From Nitrosarchaeum sp. (GTDB lineage: Archaea > Thermoproteota > Nitrososphaeria > Nitrososphaerales > Nitrosopumilaceae): a stretch of DNA of 48,935 nucleotides. A program made the position numbers and the translations under genes. Below are positions 48,776 through 48,935 of the stretch, piece by piece (positions within the stretch are counted from its first letter, which is position 1; each line of letters starts with the position of its first letter). Under the pieces are notes generated by a model that was not told the DNA's origin, searched no databases, and worked only from the letters and a program-made list of their open reading frames with translations. The stretch is from contig JAERMO010000002.1 of assembly GCA_016844465.1 (NCBI GenBank), positions 1 to 48,935 on the forward strand, read 5' to 3'.

Positions 48776-48935
48776 ATGGCAGCTGCTCAAAAACAAACAA
48801 AACAAGATCTTGAAAACAAGATTGCAGAATTAGAAGCTAAATTGAATAAATTGGCAACACAACTTGAAGCAAAACCAACAGATGCACCAAAGCCAGCTGA
48901 AGTTAAACAAGCTCAAGTAAAGCCAGCTGAAGTCA
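48776..48935 (+). CDS. Coiled-coil plus KPAEV-repeat protein (runs off window)
   Basis: MAAAQKQTKQDLENKIAELEAKLNKLATQLEAKPTDAPKPAEVKQAQVKPAEV. Confidence 0.75.
   Translation, partial: MAAAQKQTKQDLENKIAELEAKLNKLATQLEAKPTDAPKPAEVKQAQVKPAEV

Overview
AT-rich archaeal chromosome segment whose gene content and proteins fit an ammonia-oxidising Nitrosopumilaceae (Thaumarchaeota) genome. Core blocks: rpl15e, sufC, tfb, gar1, srp19, rps8e, scpAB; eIF-1A, csp, intron-containing tRNA-Tyr; eIF5A, dph6, srp54, pus10, rps27ae, rps24e, apgM; thiDN, thiC; an archaeal shikimate/aromatic cluster; mqnC and ubiD. Between tRNA-Tyr and eIF5A (about 12.7-21.3 kb) lies an accessory region of small orphans, surface proteins and gene remnants. 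It is punctuated by about 10 clear or partial, and several degenerate, same-orientation copies of a ~25-bp motif (TTAGRAAATCAAAA(A/G)GAGWTTAGAAT). The motif repeatedly abuts minus-strand stop codons and resembles a gene-cassette array, but no recombinase is present in the window. Unannotated elements read from the sequence: a box C/D sRNA predicted to guide Cm34 of a CAU-anticodon tRNA, a three-way-junction RNA between aroC and aroA, and several micro-ORFs. Several genes are disrupted (scpB, eIF-1A, accessory genes), which may be real decay or assembly error. All family calls are from motif recognition; no database search was run.
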